Part shown: in pieces, positions 1-10,392 of the stretch
How positions within the stretch are numbered: position 1 is the stretch's first letter
How the letters are laid out: each line of letters starts with the position of its first letter
Assembly (NCBI GenBank): GCA_029258885.1
Contig: JAPDJW010000002.1
Span: 384,001-448,000 of the forward strand
DNA length: 64,000 nt
Direction: 5' to 3'
DNA from: Thermoproteota archaeon
GTDB lineage: Archaea; Thermoproteota; Thermoprotei; Thermofilales; B9-G17
Translations under genes and position numbers: made by a program
The notes under the pieces: model-generated
Seen by the model: only the letters and a program-made list of their open reading frames with translations
What the model was told of the DNA's origin: nothing
Databases searched by the model: none

Positions 1-1307
1 TCTCCCTCGCGCATTAAATTTATGATCTTAAATGCATAGCCTATTGTAATATGCATCACTCCGATTAGCATGGATAGACCAAGGAGGAAGAGCAATTTTT
101 CACTACTAACTTCACCGTGGTTATGTTCCGAGAATATACTTATAACAGGTTTATAGAACGGTACATGAATGCCGAACATTTCTCCTGAGAGAATCCCAAA
201 GAATACAGCGGAGATTCCCATTAAAACAAGTATTAATCCCCACTCCCTTTTGCTTCTAGAGGGTGATAATTTCCTCAGTAACAATCCAACAATAGCTAAA
301 ACGAGGCCATGTCCTATATCACCAAACATTATACCAAAGAACAGCGGGAAGGTTATAGTGAATATCAGTGATGGATCTGCTTCACCATGTCTTGGTAGCC
401 CTGCCATAGCCATAATGTTTCTTGTGGGGGATTTTATATATACTGGTGCTATACCGAATTTACGTCTTACTTGAATAATCGTAGCATTAGGAAATTCTTC
501 AATTATTTTATCCTCAAAATCCTTAAGCTTCTCAGAGGGTATATATCCCCTAATTCGAACCCTATTGTTCTTATCCTCGAAATTCAAAGATGCAATAAGT
601 ATTTTCCTAATGTTCTGAAGCGCTTCCTCTAGCCCTCTTATCGCTAACACAAATCCATCAAAGTTTGCATAATAAATTATATCTAGAATTCTTATATAGT
701 CTCCCAGCGGTGTAATGTCCATGTCATCGAATATTTCCCTCAACTTATGTTCATCGTCTTTTCCCGCAACAAACAGAGCCAACTTATATTCAGGCAGTAA
801 ATCACTTAATGTTACATATACATTTTTTTCCTTGGCAATATTCATTAGCTGATTAGCATTTTCGTGAAAGATCAACCCAAAATTAACACTGAAAAACTCG
901 AACTTAAAATCTGGCCTCATCTCTAAAATTTCATTTTTTCTTTTTATAATACTCTTTAAAAGATCTAATTTATCTTGGAAAAACGTGGCTGTAGTATAAA
1001 AGTCATTCACTAATATGTCCGTTTTCTTTACAATTTCGTCTAAGCTCCCCTCTAAAAATACCCTCCCTTTATCATCCTTAATGGGTAGCTCTACTAGGGG
1101 TTCTTTAATTTCAATATTAAGCAAGGAACATGCTTCGCTTAGCATTTTCAGCTGTCTCTCAATCTCAACAAGATACTTTCTCGGTTCTTCAAACTCCCTA
1201 TTTACCTCTTTAACGTGAAAATATCCCATCCTAGCAATATTTACGGCAAGCTTAAACCATTCGTCTCGATCCACCTCAACTATAACCTCAATCATTTTCT
1301 CGGTCAA
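1..1307 (-). CDS. atpI: A-type ATP synthase subunit I (a), 3' end runs off the window
   Basis: Not in the ORF track because there is no stop inside the window. Manual translation from TTG 1307 / ATG 1295 gives MIEVIVEVDRDEW... and later PSLIFTITFPLFFGIMFGDIGHG and FFGILSGEMFG, typical of V/A-ATPase subunit I. It abuts the atpC stop at 1308. Confidence 0.93.
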   Translation of the reverse strand, partial: MTEKMIEVIVEVDRDEWFKLAVNIARMGYFHVKEVNREFEEPRKYLVEIERQLKMLSEACSLLNIEIKEPLVELPIKDDKGRVFLEGSLDEIVKKTDILVNDFYTTATFFQDKLDLLKSIIKRKNEILEMRPDFKFEFFSVNFGLIFHENANQLMNIAKEKNVYVTLSDLLPEYKLALFVAGKDDEHKLREIFDDMDITPLGDYIRILDIIYYANFDGFVLAIRGLEEALQNIRKILIASLNFEDKNNRVRIRGYIPSEKLKDFEDKIIEEFPNATIIQVRRKFGIAPVYIKSPTRNIMAMAGLPRHGEADPSLIFTITFPLFFGIMFGDIGHGLVLAIVGLLLRKLSPSRSKREWGLILVLMGISAVFFGILSGEMFGIHVPFYKPVISIFSEHNHGEVSSEKLLFLLGLSMLIGVMHITIGYAFKIINLMREG

Positions 1308-2285
1308 CTAATCACCTAAAACTATATATTTAACTTTATGGGGTATCCCCTTTTCAATAAGAAATGCCAAAAGAGATAGATTTCTAATTTCATTTTCTAC
1401 CAACAGTATTATACCAAAGAGAGGACCTAAACTAAATACATCCTTAACAAACAAACGTTTAGCTTTCATAATGATCATTGTAGCTATTAAATTGTCCAGC
1501 CTAAATATGCTATCAGATGTAGGTTTCTCGATTAAGCTGTCAAAATTACTAATACTCTGTCGCATGAGCTTCATGTATTTCCTTCTATCCTGAGCTAAGC
1601 GAGCAAGTACTATATCCATTAATCTCTCTACATTAATATTCCATAATTTACCTCTTGCAAGCATAACTGCGAGTCTTTTATAGACTAACAGATTAAAAAC
1701 ATCTCTAATCATTAGTCTATCATCATAATCAAGACCGAAGTAGGAATCTATAAGCTTAAGTAAAAACCCTAAATCAACACATGTATCTTTAACATAAGTA
1801 TAATTAGCCTTAAAATATTCACATACGTCCGTAAGATTTAACAGTGAGATAACATTGACTTCCCCACCAGCCAATATTCTTGAAACTATATGTTCACTAA
1901 AATCATCCACTACCATTTGTTCTAGAAGTTCCCTATTGGGCATAACATCAGCTTTACCCCCATGCAGATATAATTTTAGGACATTAAACAAATGTCTATG
2001 AAAGTAACTTACTAAAAATTCTCTCCACCTATTCAAGCTATAATTAATTATCATTTTTTCAAAATCAATCATAGATCTATAGAAAATATTCTTCAAAATA
2101 TTGGCGTTCACATTTTTCGGAAGCTGACTGATGTATCTATCGTAGTATGTATCACGTAAAGTATTTATAAAGCTCCCTAGATCCCTATAATTGCACATTT
2201 CGATAAGTTTATCTTTCGATATAAGCATACCTTTTCTATAAAAAATTTTAGGCAGAATATATGACAATGGAGTCTCAAGACTCAT
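1308..2285 (-). CDS. atpC: A/V-type ATP synthase subunit C (V0 d/AC39 family), divergent
   Basis: 325 aa, helical; C-terminal DVFSLGPLFGIILLVENEIRNLSLLA matches the subunit C pattern; lies within the ATPase cluster. Confidence 0.85.
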   Translation of the reverse strand: MSLETPLSYILPKIFYRKGMLISKDKLIEMCNYRDLGSFINTLRDTYYDRYISQLPKNVNANILKNIFYRSMIDFEKMIINYSLNRWREFLVSYFHRHLFNVLKLYLHGGKADVMPNRELLEQMVVDDFSEHIVSRILAGGEVNVISLLNLTDVCEYFKANYTYVKDTCVDLGFLLKLIDSYFGLDYDDRLMIRDVFNLLVYKRLAVMLARGKLWNINVERLMDIVLARLAQDRRKYMKLMRQSISNFDSLIEKPTSDSIFRLDNLIATMIIMKAKRLFVKDVFSLGPLFGIILLVENEIRNLSLLAFLIEKGIPHKVKYIVLGD

Positions 2286-2614
2286 AGTATTTCTTCACCC
2301 ACTAACTCATTCACTATCAATGCTATAGCATCATCCTTCCTACTTTCAGCTTCCTTTATCTTCTCTAAGATGTCATTAGGGATCGACTTAATCTTATCGT
2401 TAATTTTAATTAGCTCCTTCTTTAAGGTATCCTTCTCTTTTTCATATAGCGTCAGAAGCTCTTTCTCTATACTTTCTTTGATATGATTAATGGTTTCATT
2501 TAATAAGTCATCCATTTCTTTCAATTTTTCTACTGTTTCATGCCTTAATATGCTTAATTTCTCGTCAATTTCTACTATTATTTCAATAATTTTTCTAGTT
2601 TTCTTCTCTGACAT
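2282..2614 (-). CDS. atpH: ATP synthase peripheral stalk subunit H/G-like coiled-coil protein
   Basis: 110 aa, highly charged and helical, C-terminal RKDDAIALIVNELV; sits between K and C with a 4-bp overlap. Confidence 0.65.
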   Translation of the reverse strand: MSEKKTRKIIEIIVEIDEKLSILRHETVEKLKEMDDLLNETINHIKESIEKELLTLYEKEKDTLKKELIKINDKIKSIPNDILEKIKEAESRKDDAIALIVNELVGEEIL

Positions 2615-2638
2615 TTTTTATCCCTTAGTCTTCCGTCT

Positions 2639-3004
2639 CTATATTTTACCAAGCATCATTATAACTACAACTAGACCGTAAATTGCAATAGCCTCTGCAA
2701 GCGCCGTAATAATCATCGCAAGCGTTGATAACTCAGGTTTTTCAGTTGCAGCACTAATAGCAGCACTACCAGCAACCGCAATACCTATACCAGCAGCTAG
2801 TGAAGCTAAACCAAACGCTATTCCTATAGAAAGCATAGTAATAGCCTTATAGAGAAAATCTAGTGAATTTCCAGTAGTTTCAGCAGTCGACGAAGTTGTT
2901 ATTTCAGTTGTAAGATACACTAGGGCTGTAACGGATATAGCTGCTAATATTAGTAGCCAAATTACTAGCATTATGAATATTCTCGGTATTTTTCCGTTTC
3001 CCAT
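2639..3004 (-). CDS. atpK: ATP synthase proteolipid subunit K (c) with an extra N-terminal hydrophobic segment
   Basis: Hairpin GLASLAAGIGIAVAGSAA...EKPE...ALAEAIAIYG containing the ion-binding Glu. Confidence 0.95.
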   Translation of the reverse strand: MGNGKIPRIFIMLVIWLLILAAISVTALVYLTTEITTSSTAETTGNSLDFLYKAITMLSIGIAFGLASLAAGIGIAVAGSAAISAATEKPELSTLAMIITALAEAIAIYGLVVVIMMLGKI

Positions 3005-3276
3005 CTCTTTTCACCTTTGTGTTTATCAAGTAATCTACAATTATTTTAGTTTTATTCTCTGATATTTTTCTCTATGATAGAATTTAATTTAACTAGCTAT
3101 AATTCAGGTGTCATTAGGGATACATATTGTTAACAATAAGTAACATTTAAGTTTCATTTTTATAATAGCATATAAAATAAGCAAGTTTGTATATTCGTAT
3201 TTTCCATTAGAAATATAAGCAGTATATTATTTCAAGTTAATAAATATTAACCGAATTTTTACAATAGGAGACACTT

Positions 3277-3441
3277 TCATGTTTCTTTATTGTTAATAGA
3301 AAAATACTTTTTTCTAATTTCGTCAATTTTCTCATCTATTGACCTTCTAATCAGATCTATATTATATGAAATCTGCTTACAGGCTTCGTTAATAAGTTTA
3401 TCAAGTTTTTCCTTAGCTTTATTTTCAAGTTTCTCATTCAT
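3277..3441 (-). CDS. Small (54 aa) charged helical protein downstream of atpD, below the ORF-track cutoff
   Basis: Manual translation [54 protein letters not shown]; its ATG overlaps the atpD TGA (ATGA coupling). Confidence 0.55.
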   Translation of the reverse strand: MNEKLENKAKEKLDKLINEACKQISYNIDLIRRSIDEKIDEIRKKYFSINNKET

Positions 3442-4067
3442 CTACCTCGCCTCTTACCCAATATAACTTCCTTAAAGTATTTAAGCCTGACAAATTCCTC
3501 CCTATCTCTTTCTTCAAGTATTGACTTTATAGTCTTAATATTTTTCTCAAGATTGGGTATTATGACGTTCTTTAAAGCGTTGATCTGCCTCTGAACCTGC
3601 TCTAGCTCCTTAGCCAGCCTAAATATGGCATTCTCTATATTAGCTATCAAAATTATGTTTTCTATAGCTTTTTCAATATGGACCATTTCGGCGTCGAGGA
3701 ATGTCGCTCTAAAGAGGCTGCCGATAGGCATTATCTCCTTTCGCAGTATGCTTAGCTCCGAGGATTTTATGCCAGCTATGTGTACGATTGACGCATCCAC
3801 TTCAATCCTGTTGTTCGCCGACATTACTGCACTCCTAAGGTACTCCCTACCCATTTCAGCTTCAGCTAAATCCATGTACATGTACGCTTTCTCAAGGTTC
3901 TCAAAGAGCTGGGACTGTATCTTTTTCGCCTCCTTTACAAGTCTATTTATCTCATACAGAAGAATATCCCGTCTATCCTCTAGGATCTTCCGTACCTTTT
4001 TTGCTGCAGCAAGCGTTTTCCTTAATCTAATAAGGTTTATTTTCGTGGGAATAACGCGTCGGCTCAT
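3438..4067 (-). CDS. atpD: A-type ATP synthase subunit D
   Basis: PTKINLIRL...RRDIL N-terminus and [12 protein letters not shown]...[14 protein letters not shown]-terminus. Confidence 0.96.
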   Translation of the reverse strand: MSRRVIPTKINLIRLRKTLAAAKKVRKILEDRRDILLYEINRLVKEAKKIQSQLFENLEKAYMYMDLAEAEMGREYLRSAVMSANNRIEVDASIVHIAGIKSSELSILRKEIMPIGSLFRATFLDAEMVHIEKAIENIILIANIENAIFRLAKELEQVQRQINALKNVIIPNLEKNIKTIKSILEERDREEFVRLKYFKEVILGKRRGR

Positions 4068-5482
4068 CTGCCCATCCTATACGGGCTCTTCTCAAGTAGC
4101 GGCCGCTTTTCCTCCAGTGTCTCCTTCTTTATCCTCGTTAGTTCCTCATCCGGCAGAATTGCAAGTATCTCCCACGCTAGATCTAACGTCTCATCTATGT
4201 CCCTGTTCTCGTATTCTCCCTGATTAATAAACCTATTCTCAAACTCCTCAGCGAACTTTAGGTATCGCCTATCTATAGGAGATAGGTTCTCCTCACCGAT
4301 TATTAATGCCAACGCTCTTATGTCCTGTGCTCTCGCATACGAGCTATATAGCTGATTACTAACCTCTGCGTGATCCTTCCTAGTTTTCCCAGGACCTATA
4401 CCCTTTGGCATAAGCCTAGATAGGCTATCTAAAACGTATACCGGCGGATATATACCCTTAGCATGCAGTACTCTGCTGAGCACTATTTGCCCCTCGGTGA
4501 TATATCCCGTTAGATCCGGTATTGGGTGAGTTATATCATCGCCCGGCATCGTCAGTATGGGGAGCTGTGTTATACTGCCCTTCCTACCCTTTATCCTGCC
4601 AGCCCTCTCATATATGCTAGCTAGATCAGTATACATGTATCCCGGATACCCCTTCCTGCTGGGAACTTCCTCTCTTGCTGCGCTTAATTCTCTTAGTGCC
4701 TCACAGTAGTTAGTCATGTCTACGAGAATAACGAGCACATGGAGGTCGTATGTAAATGCTAGGAACTCGGCTACAGTTAAAGCTATTCTGGGAGTAATTA
4801 TTCTCTCAATGGTCGGATCACTCGCCAGGTTTAGGAAAAGTACCGACCTATTTATTGCACCGCTTTCCTCAAGCGATTTCCTGAAGAATAATGCATCGTC
4901 ATACTTAACACCCAATGCAGCAAATATTACCGCGAAGTCTTCATGACCGCTGATAGTCCTAGCCTGCCTAGCTATTTGGGCAGCAATTCTATTGTGCGGA
5001 AGACCTGAACAGGAGAATAGGGGCAGCTTCTGTCCCCTAACCAGCGAGTTCATTCCATCTATAACCGATATCCCTGTTTGAATGAAGTCTGTCGGATAAT
5101 CCCTCATATAGGGGTTTATAGGCATCCCATTAACATCCAGAAAATCTTCAGGTATCGGCATGGGGAGCCCATCTAAGGGCTCTCCTCTGCCGTTGAATAT
5201 TCTTCCCAACATATCGTAGGATACCGGGATCTCTAACGTTCTACCCAGCATCCTCACCCTAGTGCCTTTAAGGGGCAGGCCGGACGTGCCCTCGAAAACC
5301 TGAACCACTGCATAGTCAGTCGCTACTTCTATAACTTGGCCCAACCTAGGCCTGCCGTCGGGACCGTATACCTCCACTAGTTCTCTATATCCAACGTCCT
5401 TAGTCTTCTCAATTATTAGCAGGGGACCTCTAATCTCCTTAATGCTCGAATACTCAACCTCTCCCAGATACCTACGTGACAT
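4064..5482 (-). CDS. atpB: A-type ATP synthase subunit B
   Basis: [55 protein letters not shown]. Confidence 0.98.
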   Translation of the reverse strand: MSRRYLGEVEYSSIKEIRGPLLIIEKTKDVGYRELVEVYGPDGRPRLGQVIEVATDYAVVQVFEGTSGLPLKGTRVRMLGRTLEIPVSYDMLGRIFNGRGEPLDGLPMPIPEDFLDVNGMPINPYMRDYPTDFIQTGISVIDGMNSLVRGQKLPLFSCSGLPHNRIAAQIARQARTISGHEDFAVIFAALGVKYDDALFFRKSLEESGAINRSVLFLNLASDPTIERIITPRIALTVAEFLAFTYDLHVLVILVDMTNYCEALRELSAAREEVPSRKGYPGYMYTDLASIYERAGRIKGRKGSITQLPILTMPGDDITHPIPDLTGYITEGQIVLSRVLHAKGIYPPVYVLDSLSRLMPKGIGPGKTRKDHAEVSNQLYSSYARAQDIRALALIIGEENLSPIDRRYLKFAEEFENRFINQGEYENRDIDETLDLAWEILAILPDEELTRIKKETLEEKRPLLEKSPYRMGR

Positions 5483-7256
5483 AAGTTTTCACCCTATTCT
5501 CTCTAATTAAAACCTTAAATTGTTCCTCAAGCTTCCTCGCCCATTCGTCCATTTTATCAGCTTCCTCATTACCTATATTCTCCTTTAGCCTAATGAGCTC
5601 ACTTATCATCTTTAGTGAACTTATTTTCTCGAATGGAACGCCCGCCTTTAGAGCCTTCACAGAATTTTCATAGAACATCAAGCACAGCTTAAGAAGTTTA
5701 ACCTGTCTCCAATCAACACAATAGCTATCTATTTTACTGAAGGCATCCTGTTGCAGAAATCCCTCCCTCAATATTCTAGCTACAAGTAGGACAAGCCGCT
5801 CCTCTGGTGGAAGAACCTCCGGACCCAGCAGTTTAACTATCTCCTTAAGCTCATCCTCTTTCTGTAACAGCTTTAATGCAGTATCCCTGTTCCTCCTCCA
5901 TTCGGGATCTATTTTAGACCACCACTTCTCAACCGAGTCCACGTAAGCTGAGTAGCTTATCATCCAGTTTATGGCAGGATAATGTCTAGCATAGGCTAGA
6001 GCGGTATCTAGGCCCCAAAACACCTTAGTAAACCTTAATGTATGGGTGGTTACTGGCTCAGTGAAGTCTCCACCAGGCGGTGAGACGGCTCCTATGACTG
6101 TAACCGATCCTATTCTCCCAGGATTACCTAAACACTTAACTCTTCCCGCTCTCTCATAGAACTCAGCTATCCTCGATGCAAGATAGGATGGATAGCCCTC
6201 CTCAGCTGGCATTTCTTCAAGCCTTCCAGAGACTTCTCTTAAAGCCTCAGCCCACCTACTGGTTGAGTCAGCGACCAATACGACGTCGTAACCCATATCC
6301 CTAAAGTATTCGGCAATTGTCACGCCGGTATATATGCTAGCCTCCCTCGCGGCCACAGGCATGTTTGAGGTATTAGCTATAAGCACGGTTCTATCCATCA
6401 GTGGCTTTCCTGAGTATGGGTCTTTAAGCTTCGGAAACTTTATCAGTATCTCAGTCATCTCGTTGCCTCTTTCGCCGCATCCAACATATATAACGATGTT
6501 TGCATCAGACCAAGCAGCTATCTGATGCAGAAGAACTGTTTTACCGGTGCCGAAGCCTCCTGGAATACATGCTGAACCCCCCTTTGCTACCGGAAAGAAC
6601 GTATCTATAACCCTAGTTCCAGTAATTAAGGGTACTTCGGGGGGCACCTTATACGTAAATGGCCTAGGTATTCTGACAGGCCACGACTGAACCATTGTGA
6701 GGGGGTGTTTAACTCCCTCCGCCTCCACGACAGCTATTGGCTCATTAATAGCGTATTCGCCCTCGTCAACTATTTCAACTATCCTTCCACGGACTCCCGG
6801 GGGAACCATTATCTTATGTAGAACTAGCTCGGTCTCCTTAACAGTACCTATTACGTCGCCCGGAGAGACCCTATCATCCCTTTTTAATCTGGGCTTAAAG
6901 TGCCATTTCTTATCCTTAGGTAAGGGGTCAACCTTAACTCCCCTAGAAATGAAGGCTCCTGTTTTAAGTGCTATAAGGTTTAGCGGACGCTGTATTCCAT
7001 CGAATATGCTTCCTATTAAACCGGGGCCAAGCTTAACTGAAAGCGGTTTTCCGGTGCTTACAACCGGTTCTCCGGGCTTTATGCCCGTCGTATCCTCGTA
7101 AACCTGTATATACGCATTGTCCCCCTCTATTCTGATAACCTCGCCTATAAGCCCTTCTTCACCGACCATTACAAGCTCGTACATCTTTGATCTAGCCATT
7201 CCCAAGGCCTTAACTACTGGACCGCTTATCCAGATTATTTTACCTTTTACCGACAT
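5472..7256 (-). CDS. atpA: A-type ATP synthase catalytic subunit A (no intein)
   Basis: Walker [35 protein letters not shown]; normal length of 594 aa. Confidence 0.98.
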   Translation of the reverse strand: MSVKGKIIWISGPVVKALGMARSKMYELVMVGEEGLIGEVIRIEGDNAYIQVYEDTTGIKPGEPVVSTGKPLSVKLGPGLIGSIFDGIQRPLNLIALKTGAFISRGVKVDPLPKDKKWHFKPRLKRDDRVSPGDVIGTVKETELVLHKIMVPPGVRGRIVEIVDEGEYAINEPIAVVEAEGVKHPLTMVQSWPVRIPRPFTYKVPPEVPLITGTRVIDTFFPVAKGGSACIPGGFGTGKTVLLHQIAAWSDANIVIYVGCGERGNEMTEILIKFPKLKDPYSGKPLMDRTVLIANTSNMPVAAREASIYTGVTIAEYFRDMGYDVVLVADSTSRWAEALREVSGRLEEMPAEEGYPSYLASRIAEFYERAGRVKCLGNPGRIGSVTVIGAVSPPGGDFTEPVTTHTLRFTKVFWGLDTALAYARHYPAINWMISYSAYVDSVEKWWSKIDPEWRRNRDTALKLLQKEDELKEIVKLLGPEVLPPEERLVLLVARILREGFLQQDAFSKIDSYCVDWRQVKLLKLCLMFYENSVKALKAGVPFEKISSLKMISELIRLKENIGNEEADKMDEWARKLEEQFKVLIRENRVKTYVT

Positions 7257-7861
7257 TAATTCTCACCAAAGAGAACCTTATAGACTCTAGGTCTGAGTAG
7301 ATGTTTAATTTTCTTCAGCCTAGTTTCAAACGTGTTATCAATGATTATCGTCTTATCAGGGTTATATATGATAACTCCGCCTACGCTATCTATTCTCCGC
7401 TTAACTTCAATCCTTATTCCATGCTTCTCCTCAAGTTTACCCTTTATATCCATCAGTAGGTCGACATCCCTTATGCTAACATCCACATGAACTACCTTAG
7501 TATCCATAAAAGCTATACCTTCCTCTACAAGTTTCTCCAGAATCCTACCATATTTTTCATCTCTCTTCAAGCTAGATATTCTAGTTAATGCCTCATCAAA
7601 TATACTTTCTAAATACTCATTATACCTCATGCTCCATTCCTTCCTAAACTTCATATCATATTTGCTTTTAGCCTCTCTAACTTTACTTTCCAGCTCAGAA
7701 AGCTCGGCTTTATAGTGCATTACAGCTTCTTCATATATCCTTCTACACTCGCTATTAAGCCTGAAGAGGATATTCTTCTCCTTCTCATCTATCTCTCTAA
7801 CTATTTCATTCCTAAAGCGTTCCAGAACTTGATCAATTATATTCCTCAACACCTCGTCCAT
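7256..7861 (-). CDS. atpE: A-type ATP synthase subunit E
   Basis: N-terminal coiled coil; C-terminal [22 protein letters not shown]. Confidence 0.9.
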   Translation of the reverse strand: MDEVLRNIIDQVLERFRNEIVREIDEKEKNILFRLNSECRRIYEEAVMHYKAELSELESKVREAKSKYDMKFRKEWSMRYNEYLESIFDEALTRISSLKRDEKYGRILEKLVEEGIAFMDTKVVHVDVSIRDVDLLMDIKGKLEEKHGIRIEVKRRIDSVGGVIIYNPDKTIIIDNTFETRLKKIKHLLRPRVYKVLFGEN

Positions 7862-7869
7862 ACTCTCCC

Positions 7870-8175
7870 CTACGTTCTAAATCCTATAACCTTCTTGAGT
7901 ATACGACTATAATCCAGAACTACTCGCTCCCGCTCCTTTCTAGACGGAATTCTAATGACTGCAGGATAGGGCTTCTTCAGCCTATACGAATTTATAGTAT
8001 CCTCTATATCCTTTGCATAGTTCTCAGTTAATATTATTAAGCCAATGTCTCTCTCAGTCATATACTTTTCAAACTGTTTAAGCATTTCAGAACTACTGTT
8101 GACTGGCACGGGAGTTACTCCAAGAACTGAAAATGCTAAAACTGTATCTTCATCGCCTATTACCACAATTTTCAT
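7870..8175 (-). CDS. atpF: A-type ATP synthase subunit F
   Basis: MKIVVIGDEDTVLAFSVLGV...DIGLIILTE...VIRIP. Confidence 0.95.
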   Translation of the reverse strand: MKIVVIGDEDTVLAFSVLGVTPVPVNSSSEMLKQFEKYMTERDIGLIILTENYAKDIEDTINSYRLKKPYPAVIRIPSRKERERVVLDYSRILKKVIGFRT

Positions 8176-8256
8176 TTTTAAATCCCTATTATCCTTTGGC
8201 GAGTTTATTATGTTAAGTTAAATATATAAATGCTACTTGATGGGATATTTAACTAA

Positions 8257-8784
8257 ATGATGAATTCATCTAGGCAGGAAAAAGGCTGGTTGAATTTAGT
8301 CAAACATATATATGAATTAGTTAAAGGGAAAAAAGTCCTTTTTGTGTGTATGGGAAACGAGCTCATGGGCGACGATGGGGTGGGAGTTTATATTGCCGAG
8401 AGGCTTCGCGAAAAAGGGCTTGAAGATAAGGTATTAAACGTGGGAATATACCTTGAAAACTACTTAGGCAAGATATGTATGGCTAAACCAGATGTAGTGA
8501 TATTCATTGACGCTATAGATGCTAAAAGGAGGCCGGGGGATATCGTTATAGGCAGGCTCCCCGATATTGAAAGAGAAGTAACGTTGATATCTACTCATGG
8601 AATGCCCCTCTCAACAGCATTAAAAATATTACGTAATACCATAGGTTTCATTGAGGCGTACATAATTGGGATACAGATAGAACGTGCAAGAATAGGCGAA
8701 AAAATGTCTAAAAATATTGAAAGTGTAGGGATTTTAGTAGCTGAAGCCTTATATAACGCTATAGTTTTTCATAGAGTGAAATAA
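8257..8784 (+). CDS. hycI: Hydrogenase maturation endopeptidase, HycI type
   Basis: MGNELMGDDGVG, IFIDAID and STHGMPL motifs; adjacent to the hydrogenase operon. Confidence 0.92.
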   Translation: MMNSSRQEKGWLNLVKHIYELVKGKKVLFVCMGNELMGDDGVGVYIAERLREKGLEDKVLNVGIYLENYLGKICMAKPDVVIFIDAIDAKRRPGDIVIGRLPDIEREVTLISTHGMPLSTALKILRNTIGFIEAYIIGIQIERARIGEKMSKNIESVGILVAEALYNAIVFHRVK

Positions 8785-8863
8785 TTAAACTGTTTTATTA
8801 TTTATATAAATATTTCTCATTTTATTCTTAAATAAAATAAATAATAAAATAAATTAAATTCTT

Positions 8864-10387
8864 TTAAGTATGAATCGAGGATGGAGCGGTTCTAAGGATG
8901 TAATGTAAGAACTTATTGATTTGATTAACGATGGATGTTGGATAAATCCCTAGTAATACTAAGATTATAACTAAAGTTATAATTGGTATTAGCATCTCAT
9001 AGGGTTCTCTTTCTATTTTCTTTAGTTTTTCAAAGGGTTCACCGTAGAATATTCTTTTTATGGTCCATAACCCATAGCCCGCTGTTAATACTGACATAAT
9101 GACGGCAATAGCTGTTATTATAATTCTATAGATGTCGAATCCTCCAGCGATAGCTTTATACATAGAGCCAGCAAATATAAATATCTCGCTCCAAAAGCCA
9201 AGTAGAGGAGGTACTCCGGCAAGGCTAAGGAAGCTAATTAATGTAGCTGTAGTAGTAGTTGGCATTAAACTAGCTAATCCTCTGAGTTCTGAGATATCCC
9301 TGGTTTTAAATTCATGAATAAATATTCCAGAAATCATAAATAGGACTGCCTTTGCTAAGCCATGACTTATGTAGAGAAGAACTGCTCCTAATATCCCTAG
9401 TGTTGAAGCTGAAGATATTCCAAATAACATGTAACCCATCTGACTTATACTGGAATAGGCTAATAAACGCTTTATGTCATTTTGTGCTAAGGCCATTAAT
9501 CCGCCGTAAACCATAGTAATTAAGGCTAACAATGATAGTCCTATCATGAACGGCCATAGTTCTATCAAGCTTGGAAAAGCTTCGTAAATTATCCTTATGG
9601 ATGCATAACCGCCTATTCCTATCATAGCGGGTGAAAGTAGTGCACTAATTGGCGTGGGTGCTTCGGCATGCGCATCGGGTAACCAGCTATGCAATGGAAA
9701 TATCGCCATTTTTATGAAAAACCCGACTAAGATTGCTATGACTGTTGGAATTATTGCTTCGTAGCTCAAATTTTTCGTAATATCTGCTATTTGTGTGATA
9801 TCCAGTGTACCTGTCATGGAGTACGTTGAGGCTATGCCTGCGAGTAAAAAGAGAGCTCCTATTTCTGTAAACATGAAGTATTTAAATGCTACTAATTCCT
9901 TTTTCCCTGTTCCCCAGATACCTATTAAAGCCCAGGATGGCAGTAGCATAAATTCAAAGAATATAAAGAATGCCACTAAGTTAATGGCTAATACTGTACC
10001 GATCATTCCTGAAGAGTACATTAAATAAAGGCTGAAGTATATGTTCAATTTTTCTTTCCCTTTCATGTAATACATTGAATAGATAGCTAGTACTGTTGAG
10101 AGAAGCGCTATAGTTAATGCTATGGGTGCACTTAAACCATCCGCTAATAAGACAAATTTTCCTAGATAGGGAGTCCAGTTATAAGATGCTTTTAGCTCTC
10201 CATTCCAAGATTCGAGGCTAAGGTTAACATACAACAATAGTATAGTAGAGTATAGCAATGGAGCAAAGCTAAGCCATCCAGTTTTTTCTTTAAGTTTTCT
10301 ACCTGCTAGCAATGTTATAATGGAAAATACTAAGGGTACAAATAATACTTGGATTAATATTCCATACCTATCTTCCATCTTTATCAC
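8864..10387 (-). CDS. Antiporter-like membrane subunit, NuoM-like
   Basis: FFEFMLLP (TM5 Glu), FIKMAIFPLHSWLPDAHAEAP (TM7 Lys), LLAYSSISQMG, GFWSE (TM12 Glu, NuoM-type). Confidence 0.9.
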   Translation of the reverse strand: MIKMEDRYGILIQVLFVPLVFSIITLLAGRKLKEKTGWLSFAPLLYSTILLLYVNLSLESWNGELKASYNWTPYLGKFVLLADGLSAPIALTIALLSTVLAIYSMYYMKGKEKLNIYFSLYLMYSSGMIGTVLAINLVAFFIFFEFMLLPSWALIGIWGTGKKELVAFKYFMFTEIGALFLLAGIASTYSMTGTLDITQIADITKNLSYEAIIPTVIAILVGFFIKMAIFPLHSWLPDAHAEAPTPISALLSPAMIGIGGYASIRIIYEAFPSLIELWPFMIGLSLLALITMVYGGLMALAQNDIKRLLAYSSISQMGYMLFGISSASTLGILGAVLLYISHGLAKAVLFMISGIFIHEFKTRDISELRGLASLMPTTTTATLISFLSLAGVPPLLGFWSEIFIFAGSMYKAIAGGFDIYRIIITAIAVIMSVLTAGYGLWTIKRIFYGEPFEKLKKIEREPYEMLIPIITLVIILVLLGIYPTSIVNQINKFLHYILRTAPSSIHT

Positions 10388-10392
10388 CCCCG

